Source of the DNA: Vairimorpha necatrix
Taxonomy: Eukaryota
Reading direction: 5' to 3'
Assembly: GCA_036630325.1 (NCBI GenBank)
Contig: CP142726.1
Coordinates: 124,001 to 188,000, forward strand
DNA: 64,000 bases
The notes beneath the pieces are model-generated. The model had not been told where the DNA came from. It did no database searches and worked only from the letters and a program-made list of their open reading frames with translations. Below are positions 34,742 through 46,834 of the stretch, piece by piece. The stretch's first letter is position 1. Each line of letters starts with the position of its first letter. A program made the translations under genes and the position numbers.

Positions 34742-35650
34742 TTATTTTGATAGTGAATACATACATTTATCCTTTTTGGACATTCTTAGAAGTTAAAGAC
34801 AATATAAAATAAAAATGTATTCTAAATTTTTTTTTGTATTCTTAAATCATACATAACATCAATTCTATAATATATGTTGTGTTTTTCTCGAAAAATGAAA
34901 TATTATTCATTAAACTGTCTATTTATTTGATAATTTCGTCTATAACATTGTGATTTGCTTTTAAAATTTTGTTTATATAGTGATGATTCAAGAATAATTA
35001 TTTTTAGACAGCGCAATGTATAGTAAAAAAAAGTCCTGATCAAATGAGGAGAAGAAAGCAATACTAATAAGTTGTGAAAAGAAATTTTGAATAATTTTTT
35101 GGCCATTATTCTATGTTATTGGAACTTTATTTTGTTGGTTTTTGATCCTCCACATTTTTTCCGCTTCGACTTTCAAAAAAACAAGAGTTAAATGGAAAAT
35201 TTTTTATTGCAAGGGCCAGCTGGAGCAAGAATGTACTCTATTTTTTCATTTTTTAAAAATTTCTATCGTCCGTTGTATCATACACTTTCCGTTTTTGTAC
35301 TCTTCCTTTCAAGCCAAAAAATAATACAAAAATCAAAAATTTGCATTTTAGTATCCTTCCTTTTGTAAGTTAAATACGATTAAAAAGAATATTTTTTACA
35401 AATTAGTAAGGACATACTCATTTCGTTTTTTAAAAACGGATATTATATGCAGATTTATATAAATTATACTTTTTTGTATTAAAATTATCATTTAATATCA
35501 TACATTAAGATTTTCTAAAAGAGATTTAACTTCTTTACTAAAAAAATGAGATTTTATAAAAATTTTAACCCTATATTTTTTTAAACTAATGCTCTTTCGG
35601 GACATTTGATTGGCTACTAAAAGTATTTAAAACGATTATGCTAAGAGGGG

Positions 35651-35944
35651 ATGGAAAATTACAATAGCACCATTGCTAATATAAATAATTTTACTGAATC
35701 TATTCTTTCCAGTATAAATGAGCATAGAGGCGTTTCTCATAATAGTACAACATTTACTAGTGTTCTTAAAAAGATAGCTTTTTCTTTGATTGGATTCGTA
35801 ATTTTTGCAGTTGGGGCGTTCTGTTTGTTTTCATGTATTTGCTTGTACATTAGAATTTCAGACTGGAGAACCAAAAGAGAAAAAAAAAGCGGTTATAATA
35901 CAGTGACTTATAAAGAAAACAAAGATAATGATTATGATCCATAA
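35651..35944 (+). CDS. Small single-pass membrane protein (glycosylation sequons, TM, tail)
   Basis: 97 aa, GGGG before ATG, several NxS/T sequons, tail YNTVTY resembles tails of the type I family. Confidence 0.65.
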   Translation: MENYNSTIANINNFTESILSSINEHRGVSHNSTTFTSVLKKIAFSLIGFVIFAVGAFCLFSCICLYIRISDWRTKREKKSGYNTVTYKENKDNDYDP

Positions 35945-37069
35945 TTAAATTTATTTACATACAAATTGCAAATTTTATTATAACAACAATTTTAAAGTTT
36001 TACATTTCGCCAAATTTTTGACAACAGAAAAAGTAATGCTGCATATGAAGATTTAACAATGCTTTTATAATTTTAGTTTGCAAATTGCATACTATAGGTT
36101 AATGATATTCATTTGTTTTTATAAATGTTCCATTATTCATTCATCTTAGTTTTGTATACACATTAATCACAAGACCATAACTTTCATATGAGATTAGTAA
36201 AATATTTTTTACATAGAAATTATCAAACTCCATACCTTGAAGTTTGGCAAAGCATAGATTAGTTAAATATCTCAATTGTTATTATAACTTAATATTTTTA
36301 AATAGCATGGGTAAGACTCTATTTATAATAGTTCTAGATCGAATATCTTTAATTAAGTTAACACAATATAATGCTAGTATATCAAAATACCTTACTTGTT
36401 TGTTATTAGATTTGAGCTTTTAAACCCATATATTTTACTGGAAAAAAATTTCGTTTTTTGTAAAACATCAAAAACAGAGTGTAGTTTATGTGGATTTATG
36501 CACTTCTCCGGTTTGAAAATCTCAATTTAAATTTTTATCCTCAGATGTAGTCTTCTTTATATGCATAAAACCCATTATGTATATATGTTTTGTGACAGCG
36601 TGATTCATATTGCCTGCCTAGACCTATTTTTTTTATTTATCAAGGCACTTCTATGTTCTTTTACATTAGCTCAAAAAGTCGAAAAGAAGACTTTATAACA
36701 TTGATTCTTTTTGTTGTATCAATTAAGATTCTAGTAAGGATTTCTTTTAGCAGAAATATGAAAAAACATACATTCGATACCATCGAATTATCAAAAAAAA
36801 ATTGATCATGATTGTTATATGCAGTTTTAATAAATATTTTCGTTTATTTATATAATACTATTTTTTTAAGTGAAACAGATAACAATATTAGGCAAAATTA
36901 AGTTGTTTTTTGAGACAAGTAACGTGCAGCGGAATTATAAGTCTGTTCTATTTAATACAACAAAGTATTGATTATTTCATCTACTTTACATAAAGTCTCT
37001 TTCAAGCATGAATTATCTCAGATTGATCATTGATAAAGTTAAATATCACCATTTTTAATAATTGTCATA

Positions 37070-37904
37070 GGAGCTGGGATACTTACAGCCCCCGCATTTG
37101 AGGCGCTACGATTTTTTTTTTCAAACCCCCAAAATGAAGTGTAAAAAAAGGAAGAGCCAAGAAGAGACGAAAATTACTAGGCACTTATGATATTAAAAAT
37201 ACTAAATAAATATATGCTTTTATACAAAAATTAATTTTAGATTTAGTTATAATAAAATTTATAGTATTGTGTCCTTTTTCACCTCTTATTTTTTCAATTT
37301 TTTTTAATTGTTGGTTTATTATGAAAGTAGATTTTCTTCAAAAATCTACTTTATTAATAAACCAACAATTAAAATTGTAAATATTATTTATATAAGAAAA
37401 TTTAAATAAATGTTCAACGATCTATACAGATTGTTAAATCAAAAAATTTAATTTAAATATGTTAAGTTATTTAAAATTATATAGTTTTATGGTTATATTC
37501 TTTTTTTAAAATTAAATTTCGTATAAGAATATATATTCATTTGGTATTTTTATTGTTTGAAGATGCAAGTAATTTGAGTACTAATGATTGCTTATCCTTT
37601 ATTTTGCACTTCGTTTTTGGGGTTCAAAATAATAAAGTGAACACCCTTAGAGGGGTGCGTTTTTGTCCCCAATTCTAAAAAATCAGAAGGGCAAAAAATG
37701 CTTAGTGGTTTATATTATTGTAAAAACTTGTATTAAAATATAATTGTGTACATAAATATATATTTATTTAGTATTTTTAATATCATAAGTGCCTAGTAAT
37801 TTTCGTCTCTTCTTTGCTCCTCCTTTTTTTAACACTTCAATTTTGGGGTTCGGAAAAAAAAATCGTAGCGCCTCAAATGCGGGGGCTGTAAGTTCTCTTT
37901 AGCC
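37070..37904. mobile_element. MITE/foldback element with ~145-bp TIRs
   Basis: ACTTACAGCCCCCGCATTTGAGGCGCTACGA... inverted at both ends; GG termini; 9-bp TSD ATTGTCATA at 37061-37069 and 37905-37913; internal palindrome ~37303-37374. Confidence 0.92.
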
Positions 37905-37906
37905 AT

Positions 37907-38079
37907 TGTCATAGCCTGATGCCATGTTAAGAATGTTTGATCGTTTTCTTATTATAAAAAATCAACAATTAATTTTTATCAAAAAATATTTAGATAAAAA
38001 TTTTATAAAAAGGGCAAGAAAAAATGAGAAGAGGAGAAATAAATCAAGATAGGCCTAGACAAGGACAAGGGCCAAGATA
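37907..38079 (+). repeat. ~170-bp dispersed repeat, inverted copy of 30971..31133
   Basis: TGTCATAGCCTGATG...TCAAGATAGGCCTAGACAAGGACAAGGGCCAAGAT. Confidence 0.85.
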
Positions 38080-39929
38080 TCTAGAAATAAACATCTTTGA
38101 TAATAAATATATTATAAGTATCGTTGAAAGATACTCTAAAGACGGGTCTTATCCCCGTGGGATGACAATCAATAAATTTTATTTAAACTTTACGACGTTT
38201 ATTAACGAAAAAATATTATTTTACCTTATCTATAAAATTAAACCTCTAAAAAATCTTTCTAGTTCATTTTTTCTTTTACTCTTAGTTTTACCTATAATCA
38301 ATATTTGTGGAAGGAAGAAGAGTAAAATTTTGTCATATATTATATATTCATTATGAACGAATACAGCGACTTACATGTTAAATACCCGTTAACAACTACT
38401 AATAAAATAAAGATTGGAGCATAAAATGTTTTTACAAATTGTCGACTTTGAGATTCCACATAAAATTTTATGGAGGAATCAACACATATATTAATTTAGA
38501 CAATTTTTTGGAGAAACGTCGAATTTATAATTTTTTCTTTTTTCAATTTTCACTAATCCATTTCTACAAAAAAAAAAAAACTTCGAAAGCTTTATTAATC
38601 AGTAAAGTATTAAAAAAAATCTTTGTTTTAAATTTTAAATCAAATCATTCTTGGTTTTATATTTGTCACACTTCATAATCATATTTCTTTTTTTGTTGTA
38701 GTAGCATAAAGAACATGTATAGTTTTTATTTTTTTATAAGTTATGAAGTTATGTGGATGATTTGTTTTTATCAAAATCAATAGTAAATTCATTTTTAAAT
38801 TAGTAATTTTGCCATTTTGATTTTATAATTTTTATGTTTATAATAAAAAAAAATATCTATGTATGCTTTTGTAAAAAAATACACAAAAATCTTAAAAGTG
38901 TCTATAGATTGTAATACAGAGGGATCTTATAGGATTTTGATAAAAAAAACATTTTTTCAAAGTCAATGGCTTGAACAAAAAAAAACAAATAACTTTATTA
39001 CATTGTGATCGGATTATATATACCTATAGCGAATCATACTGATTGCATGTATAGGTTAAAATAAAAATTTTCACGTATTACTACGTCGAAAATATAGAAT
39101 TTCCCCACAAATAGGGTTGGCTGTAGGTTTCATATGCTCCATATAAGTTAAAATAAACTGTAACCCATTAAAAAGTATATCATTTCCTATGCATAAAAAT
39201 TATTTTATCCTAAATTGTTATATAAAGTAATTAAAGCTTCAGATTTTTTAGCCTGTGGATAAACATGACTCACAACTAGACATTACCAAAATAACTAATA
39301 TAGTGTGTACATATTATATATTAAAGTTCAAATTGAGCAAAATGATTTGTTAACAAATTAGTATAATTTTGAGTCTGTAATTATGTTGTTTCATTTTTAA
39401 ATAACAACCTTTAGAAAAATATAATTATATCTGCTTTATATCCCCTTAGATGCATAATAAGTATAACTTATAACCTCAAGTCTAGTTCGCAATTATAAAA
39501 CACGAAATTCTTTTATGTTAGATAATTCAATGGAATAGCTTTATCCAGTAAAAATACAGTAATTGCCGAAAGATGAAAACAGTCTCAAGTTCTTATGTGT
39601 AGATCTCGTAATTGTTTTTACATGAATAAACAAATAATAAGATTATAATCAAAAAGTAAAAATTTTCTAAATGGCCATTCATTGATATCACCTATATAAA
39701 AAATCTATTGATGTAATATTTGGCAAATCAATTCTTTGAATATTCAGATTGTGTTTGTATTATCTTATTTTGTTTTGATAACACATTAGATCAAATTTGT
39801 AGTTTATTCAGCTATTCGAATAGTATATATAGTTATATTTATTTTTCTACTTTTAGTAATTCTAACTTACATTTATATATATATTTCAGACATATAGTCT
39901 ATCTATAATACTTATATGAGTATAGTGGC

Positions 39930-40812
39930 ATGCTTTATAGAATTGCGGCTTGTACTAAAGTAATATTCTAATAAGCTTTAATATTTGTAATTATCGTCTG
40001 TTATTGGTTGCCTTTTTGTAGTATTTTATTTTGATGATAAAAAATTGTTTCCTTTTCATCTGGTAAGGAATAGGCACAAATAATTTTTTTTCAATAGAAT
40101 TGTCGTTTTTTATCAACTTGAAACGATAATTTCCGTTCAAAAACAACAATAGACATGTTGTCATAATACTCTTGATAAACTGCAATCGTATATTTTATAT
40201 ACATATTATTTACAAGTTATAGACACTTTATATTGTAACTCATTGTGGTGTTACCACCAGATAGGCGGCCTGTTTGTAAATAGCACTTGATGGTTTTCCT
40301 CCCTGCAATTTTTGTAGTTATTATATATTTAATTTTATTGTTAGTTCTTAAAGACTCCTCGTTTGTTCTTCTCATCTTTATCAAAAATTGTATGGGTAAA
40401 ATAAAGGGAAAATATTTTCAAGAAAATTGATTTTGGGGGAAAATAAAATAAAAAGAAATAATGTGGTAGATAATTCCATACTCATCGTATTTTATGAACT
40501 TGACAAGTTTTTGTTTTTAAATGTTAGTTCGTACAAATCTCCGCCTTTTTATTTGTTTATATATTTTTTAACATTATGATTAAATATAAAACCAAAAGAT
40601 TGCTTAAAATGAATTGTACTTGGTTTGACAATTTGATTTACTTTAAATAATATTTTTATAAAAATCTTTGTGGGCCTAAGAAAGTTATATTCCATTGTCT
40701 TTCCTTTATTATCATTTCTTGCATAGACCTTGTAGATCTTTTCGAAATGAATCAATTGAATTAATTTTTTTATATTTTTTCCATTTGCCATGTTTATTTT
40801 AAAAAAAGGCAT
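39930..40812 (-). pseudogene. Fragmented gene of unrecognised family
   Basis: Consecutive protein-like fragments (40549..40812, KLQGGKPSSAIYKQAAYLVVTPQ, 39991..40185) separated by stops and frameshifts. Confidence 0.35.
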
Positions 40813-41429
40813 TTTGTGGTACTTTTTATACTTTCTATATTACAGACTCAAATATTTTTTTAAATATTCTTATACTTATGATAGTCTTTGTATATTACAT
40901 ACTAAAACTTGTATTAAATGTCAGGGGTTTCTTTAATTGATTATTGCCACTTTCCAAATATTTGTATATACTGAATTCATCTACCTTTCTTTATATTTTA
41001 TAATTTGTTTGTTTGTTAAATTACATCAATATTAATATATATTTGACACTTTTCTGACAATGAATGACACAGTGATGTTGATCATCAAAGCATAAGTTTA
41101 TAATTAAATGTTCACTTATCAATTAAATATTACAATAAAACATTAATATCCACCATATACATGTATCCAAACTTTTTATATCCTTGATTTGTTTTCAAGT
41201 GTCTAATTAATATTTAATAGTGTCCTAATTTTTTTTTAAATTGTTAGAATATTTTTACAAAATATTTTTACTTTACATATTTTACAAGTTTATACAAATT
41301 TTATGTGTTTTTTAATTCTTTACACTACACAAAACACATGTACTTTATTCTGCTAAAATTTTTATCTTTGTTTTATTTTTTTAAAATTTTTTAAAACATA
41401 GTCATATGCTATTAATAAGATATTTGATT

Positions 41430-42287
41430 TTATTTATTGTTTGTTTTTCTTTTCTTAATATGTTTTGGTGTCACCTTCGTGTCAAGTATCTTCTCCTTCA
41501 CATTCAGTATTACATATTCATTATTAGAGATACAACACACTATTTTATTCTTTAGATTCAATAACATGTCTTTTATCTTGACATATTTGTTTATAAATAA
41601 TATATCAGACAAAGGCTTGTCTTTAGTCCTACTAAAGTTAGTTTTACAATGGTACACTTTAAACTGTAAATAGTCCAGTAAATTTATCTCTGAGCTTGTT
41701 TTACTTTGACTCTTCAGATAATTAGAGTTATTGTCTACAGCCGGAAAAGAAATAGAGAAATTATTAAATTCTTCAATAATATTAAAAAGAGTATATAAAT
41801 TCGACTTAGGTAGAACAGGAACAGGAGGAATTGAAGGATTGACAATGAAATCATCAAACTTTCTAAAATATGTTTCATGTTTTAATAGTTTTTCACTTAG
41901 ATTTTGAAACAAGCCCATCTCTTTATTGTTCAATTTATTAGGAGCTTCTCTTAAGATTTCTTCCCAGTCTATTACTGCAGCATTCTTTAGTATGAATTTG
42001 TCAATGATGTACTTGTTAGAAGATAACATTTCAGTGTACAAATGTCTATTAAAAGGAATAATGAGAGACAAATCTACGCCATCTCTGAGTAGATTGTATC
42101 TTGACTTCATATCGAAATAAGCCTTTATAAAAGGAGGATAGTCTTTTCTCATGTCACTACTTATGACATGAAATAGTTCATGTAATTCAAAGAACAAAAT
42201 CTTATCAAACTTTATACCGTAGTGTCTAAAGGAATTTGTATTTTGATTTAAAGGAACATAAAGATTATAATACTTGATAATAATCAT
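41430..42287 (-). CDS. Hypothetical protein (285 aa), divergent from Argonaute
   Basis: Long ORF, CCCTC before ATG, basic NLS-like end KHIKKRK; no recognised domain. Confidence 0.8.
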   Translation of the reverse strand: MIIIKYYNLYVPLNQNTNSFRHYGIKFDKILFFELHELFHVISSDMRKDYPPFIKAYFDMKSRYNLLRDGVDLSLIIPFNRHLYTEMLSSNKYIIDKFILKNAAVIDWEEILREAPNKLNNKEMGLFQNLSEKLLKHETYFRKFDDFIVNPSIPPVPVLPKSNLYTLFNIIEEFNNFSISFPAVDNNSNYLKSQSKTSSEINLLDYLQFKVYHCKTNFSRTKDKPLSDILFINKYVKIKDMLLNLKNKIVCCISNNEYVILNVKEKILDTKVTPKHIKKRKTNNK

Positions 42288-42976
42288 GAGGGATAAAAAA
42301 AGAAGGCCATCAATTCAATTGCTTTATTGGAAACAGAAAGAAAATAAAATATGCTGGAGAAGTAGAGAACACATTAAAGAAATGTGAAGCAGAGTTGAAA
42401 ACAAGTGCAGAAATGGAACAAGCAGAAGATTTACAGAAATGCAAGCAGCTTAGAATATTTAACGAAATTTACCCTCTACTTATGGTTATTTTTTTACGCA
42501 AACAAGGGCACGGCATTTGAAGGACGAATGAAATTATTTCCCAGGCTTAGATAAACAAATAAAAAAAATAATTATAATATGTTTACATAAAACAATAATA
42601 ATACAATATTACATTTTAACAAGAACTTAACATGCATTATCAACATAATGCCTTTTCTTTTCTACATTCTAAATATTTTCATATTTAAATAAATTATGTA
42701 TTTCTTAGTAAACAAAGTATCCTAAAATAAACATTAAATAATTTGATGCTTATTTTCAAGGGAATCAAAATTCCATAAATTGTATCATAAATATTTATGA
42801 TAAATCTTAATTAATTTGGTTATAGAATAAAGCAATTTATTTTGTTTATATTCTTAATACAGAAACAATTATACCAGAAATCATTCTAAATATCATTTCT
42901 GAAACAAACAAATTTGAGAAATTTGTTTGTCAAATTTCAGTTGGTTTGTTTGTTTTATTTTTTATGCAAAAAAACT

Positions 42977-43004
42977 ATAAATAGGAAAATTTTCTTGCCC
43001 CCTA
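42977..43004 (+). promoter_or_regulatory. TATA-like element, AAATTT and CCC motif upstream of Argonaute
   Basis: TATAAATAGGAAAATTTTCTTGCCCCCTAATG; the CCC/GGG motif also precedes ATGs at 7644, 9438, 14361, 17897, 27534, 31379, 35651, 42287, 48082 and 56198. Confidence 0.75.
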
Positions 43005-45425
43005 ATGGAGTTGAGCAATTACCCAGCGGAAAGGCCCAAAACCGAAACTAGTACTTCGAGGACTCTAGACCTGGAAACCAACATGTTCAAGTACACAGGG
43101 ACTTTGTCTAGCATACATCATTACGATGTACGATTTACTCCTGAAATTAACAGGAAGTTTGTATTTGAGACATTTATGCGCGCTTATAGTGAGCACAAAG
43201 ACGAGTTCCCAGAAATAGCTTTTGATGGAGTAAACACTTTAGTGTCTACTTCCCAGTTTCAGAATAAGACCCTGAAATTGGGGAAAGAGAAGGTTGTTAC
43301 TATTGATATTATGTATAAGAATACATACGATATGGATGATTTGAGAAAAGGAAGTGATGTGAGTCAACACATACAGTGTTTAGAAGTAGTCACCAGATAC
43401 TGGCAGAAATTGAATAGCATAAGTGACAGGCACAGAGTCTTTGGTGAACAGAGTGATGGAACATTGAGTTCTGTAATAGAATTGAGAATAGGACTGGCTC
43501 ATAATATAAAATTGACAGCTAGTGGATTTTATTTGAATGTTGATACTGCTTTCTCTGGATTTTATAAGAGCATGCCTCTTCTTGAAGTAATTCAGAATTT
43601 GATATCTGAGACGAGAAGACAAGGACAAAGATTTGACAGGCGAGACAATACTCAGAATAAAAGAAGAGACGAGTCAGTAGATTTAGCCAGAGAAAACTTA
43701 GGAAGGGATTTCTGGTATAATTTTGAGAAATTTATTAAGAATATAAAAGTCAAGACTAATCACAGAGGACCTAAACAGAAAGAACTGAGTTTCAAGGCAT
43801 CAGGCATTTTACAGGAACCCGCTTCCTCATGTAAATTTGAAATGGACGGGAAGTCGTATACTGTCGCTGAATATTTTGCCCAGACTTATGGACCCTTGAA
43901 ATTTCCAAATTTACCAGTAGTTTTGATCAAGAAAAGAGGCATGGAGTTATATTTCCCCATAGAAGTATTGGATGTTCATGGAGGCCAGAGATATATTAAG
44001 AAACTAGACGAACAACAAACTTCTACTCTTATAAAATACGCAGCGAAGCCACCAATTGACAGATTCAGGATTATCCAAGATAAATTAAGAGATTTACCAA
44101 TCTTGAATAATAATAAGTCAGATTCTTTTGGAGTGGTCTTCGAGTCAAATTTCACTAAATGTACAGGGAAATTATTACAGGCCCCTAAGATTCTCTTCGG
44201 GAAAAATGCCACTATGGATGTGAGAAGAGGAGGATGGAATTTAATGGGCGTGTCTGCCTACAATCCTGCCAAAGTGCACTCTTGTAATGTGTTCCTCTTT
44301 AGAGAGCCAAGAAATGTCGATATAAGAAGATGTATTCACTCTCTAGTAGATTTAGCCAGGAAATATGGCGTCATTTTTGAAAAAGATCCCAATGTGATTT
44401 TTGTTAAGACAGTCGACGATATTATCAGACAAGCGAATGCAGAAATATCTCTGGTAGTATTACCAGACAAGAGTACTTCGAGATATGAAGAAGTCAAGAG
44501 AAGGACAGAGACTGAGACCAGAATGGTCACTCAGTGTCTATTAGAGAAGAATTTTGGGAATTTACAGAAACCTCCTTTTGTTGGGAATTTGTTGTTGAAA
44601 ATTAACTCTAAGTTAGGTGGAGAAAATTCTGTGATTTCTAAGAGTTCTGTGATTTTGTCCAAGCCGACTTTAGTCCTCGGGATTGATGTAAATCATCCTG
44701 GTATCGGTGACTTAAATAGTCCAAGTATAGTGGCCATAGTAGGAGGAATGAATAAGAATTTGACTTCTTTCAAGACTATTATCAAGCAGCAAGACAGGAG
44801 ACATGAAATAGTAGAGAAATTTGACGAGGACATTGTCACTATGTTAAAGTCTTTCTATATGAAGTCTAAGGTCAAGCCTGAGCAGATAGTTGTCTTCAGA
44901 GATGGTGTGGGCGATACGATGTTCCAAGAAGTTTTCCATAAGGAAATTATAGCCATCAAGGAAGCTTGCAATAGGATCGAGTCAGGTTACACCCCTAAAA
45001 TTACTTTCATTGTGGCTCAGAAGAGACACTCAGTCAGATTTAATAATCCTGCCGCGAATAATTTCAAGGCTGGTGAAAATGGTAATGTCCCCCCTGGTAC
45101 AGTTGTGGAAGATATTGGGCATCCTACCTTGTTCGATTTCTATTTAGTCTCTCATCATGCCTTACAAGGCACAGCCAGACCTGTTAGGTATTTAGTCTTA
45201 TTGAATGAGTCAGGTTTCAAGTCTGAAGAGCTTTATGATTTCGTGTACGGTATCTGTCATAATTACGCCAGAGCTACTAAGGCAGTGTCAGTTGTGCCAC
45301 CAATTTATTATGCTCATTTGGCGGCATTCAGAGGAAAAGCGTATCTTGAGAAAGATCATAAGTCGGATAAGATCAGTATGAAGCAACATAATCCATCACT
45401 TGATGAAAAATTATTTTACGTATGA
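43005..45425 (+). CDS. AGO1: Eukaryotic Argonaute (N-PAZ-MID-PIWI)
   Basis: TVAEYF and FPIE (PAZ); YEEVK, TQC, NLLLKINSKLGG (MID); GIDVNH, HEIVE, FRDGV, QKRH, QGTARP, YYAHLAA (PIWI, DEDH). Confidence 0.97.
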   Translation: MELSNYPAERPKTETSTSRTLDLETNMFKYTGTLSSIHHYDVRFTPEINRKFVFETFMRAYSEHKDEFPEIAFDGVNTLVSTSQFQNKTLKLGKEKVVTIDIMYKNTYDMDDLRKGSDVSQHIQCLEVVTRYWQKLNSISDRHRVFGEQSDGTLSSVIELRIGLAHNIKLTASGFYLNVDTAFSGFYKSMPLLEVIQNLISETRRQGQRFDRRDNTQNKRRDESVDLARENLGRDFWYNFEKFIKNIKVKTNHRGPKQKELSFKASGILQEPASSCKFEMDGKSYTVAEYFAQTYGPLKFPNLPVVLIKKRGMELYFPIEVLDVHGGQRYIKKLDEQQTSTLIKYAAKPPIDRFRIIQDKLRDLPILNNNKSDSFGVVFESNFTKCTGKLLQAPKILFGKNATMDVRRGGWNLMGVSAYNPAKVHSCNVFLFREPRNVDIRRCIHSLVDLARKYGVIFEKDPNVIFVKTVDDIIRQANAEISLVVLPDKSTSRYEEVKRRTETETRMVTQCLLEKNFGNLQKPPFVGNLLLKINSKLGGENSVISKSSVILSKPTLVLGIDVNHPGIGDLNSPSIVAIVGGMNKNLTSFKTIIKQQDRRHEIVEKFDEDIVTMLKSFYMKSKVKPEQIVVFRDGVGDTMFQEVFHKEIIAIKEACNRIESGYTPKITFIVAQKRHSVRFNNPAANNFKAGENGNVPPGTVVEDIGHPTLFDFYLVSHHALQGTARPVRYLVLLNESGFKSEELYDFVYGICHNYARATKAVSVVPPIYYAHLAAFRGKAYLEKDHKSDKISMKQHNPSLDEKLFYV

Positions 45426-46834
45426 AGAAATAAAAGTCTTATTTTATATTGTGACATTATATGTGCATTTATTATTTCATGTGCTATTGTATAGATATCT
45501 ACAACGTTTTTTTTTAAGAAATCTAAATATAATGATTATTAAAATATCATAAATTAAGGTCTTGATCTAATATAACTAGATGACATAAGAATAGTGCTGA
45601 TACAAATTTTAATGATATTGTATCAAACAAAATGTAAATAAAAAAATATATTTTGCTTACATGTACTATGGACATTAGATCTTGAGTTCCTGGATTTACG
45701 GTTATATAAAAAAAAAAGATCCGTGATCATTGGCTCGTAAAATGCTATTACGAGTACAAATTTAATTACAAAAGTAGCATTTTATTAGTTTTAATTAGTA
45801 TGCTGGCCTGAATATGTAAAGATTATGAAAATGATATTTTTAACAAAAGACCCGCGTTTAATGTCTTACTTATGATGTATTTATAAGATCTGCTTCGTTT
45901 TTATATGCCATGTTATACTACTGTGGTGTGCTTAATAATAAAAATTAATGATTTTATAAGTTACTTTTATGTCTATTTATAATATTAAGTACAAATGTCG
46001 TTTACAATTTAATCTACAATTAACTGTATAAGAAACATCTACTGGCTTTTAGGTCAAACCGCTCTACATCAAAGTCGCAAGTCTTGATGTAAACTAAAAA
46101 AAATAATCTCGAGCGGTCTATTGTATACAATTTTATTAAATGCAATATAAACCCCAATCTGTATTTCGTTTGTTATTGTGTTACTCGTAGAATTATGTTA
46201 ATTTGCCACTCATTTCATTAGACGAAATTATTGTACAATTATACTGCGACAAAATATTTTAATCGGCAAATAAGCATAACTAGCTTATTTCTGTTCATGT
46301 ATCTTTTTTTATACCTGCTTTTATACTTATAAAATAATTTCTAAATCTCTATTATCAATAAAAATTAAAGCGGCTAGATTGTGCTTTATTGCGATTGATA
46401 CCTGTGCAAAATCATTAAGTATTAACTTTAAAAAATATATTTACATATGCTTCTTAGACATATGGCTTATTAGTTTTTCATACTGTTAGTTCCATACCTG
46501 TTAAAACTCATGCGATTTCACTTAAGTGCCTTGATGATCTTCTTCAATAATCAGAAGAAGAGTAATCTCTACATATACATTCTGATTCTGAATGTATGGC
46601 TTAAAGACTACTTCTATCTAAATTTATTAGAAAGTTGACACTTTATTCGCAACTTTTCATTATATAAAAAGTTACATTTTTTTTCGTAATTATACAAAAA
46701 TATAGAAATAATGTCATAAACATACTTCATAATTATTTAAACATAATAAGAAATTATTAACTTCACATTCAATTTTATATAAAAAAGAGATTATGGTACC
46801 CATTTTTTTTAAAAAATAACTTTTTATTTATGAC

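Larger units (their letters stand above)
33409..35226. mobile_element. Old TIR element hosting the Merlin insertion
   Basis: Degenerate inverted ends ctctagctcccctgcaa...aaagttgaagcg versus cgcttcgacttt...ttgcaagggccagctggag. Confidence 0.5.

Noticed and set aside
38024-38356. 110-aa ORF
   Set aside because: Starts inside a dispersed repeat and runs into low-complexity AT-rich DNA
38830-39910. Further decayed copy of the Cys-rich membrane family (similar hints at 48200-49400)
   Set aside because: Resemblance too weak to support without an alignment
40900-45500. Argonaute carried as cargo in a mobile element
   Set aside because: No TIRs, LTRs, TSD or Helitron hairpin-CTAG found bracketing the locus
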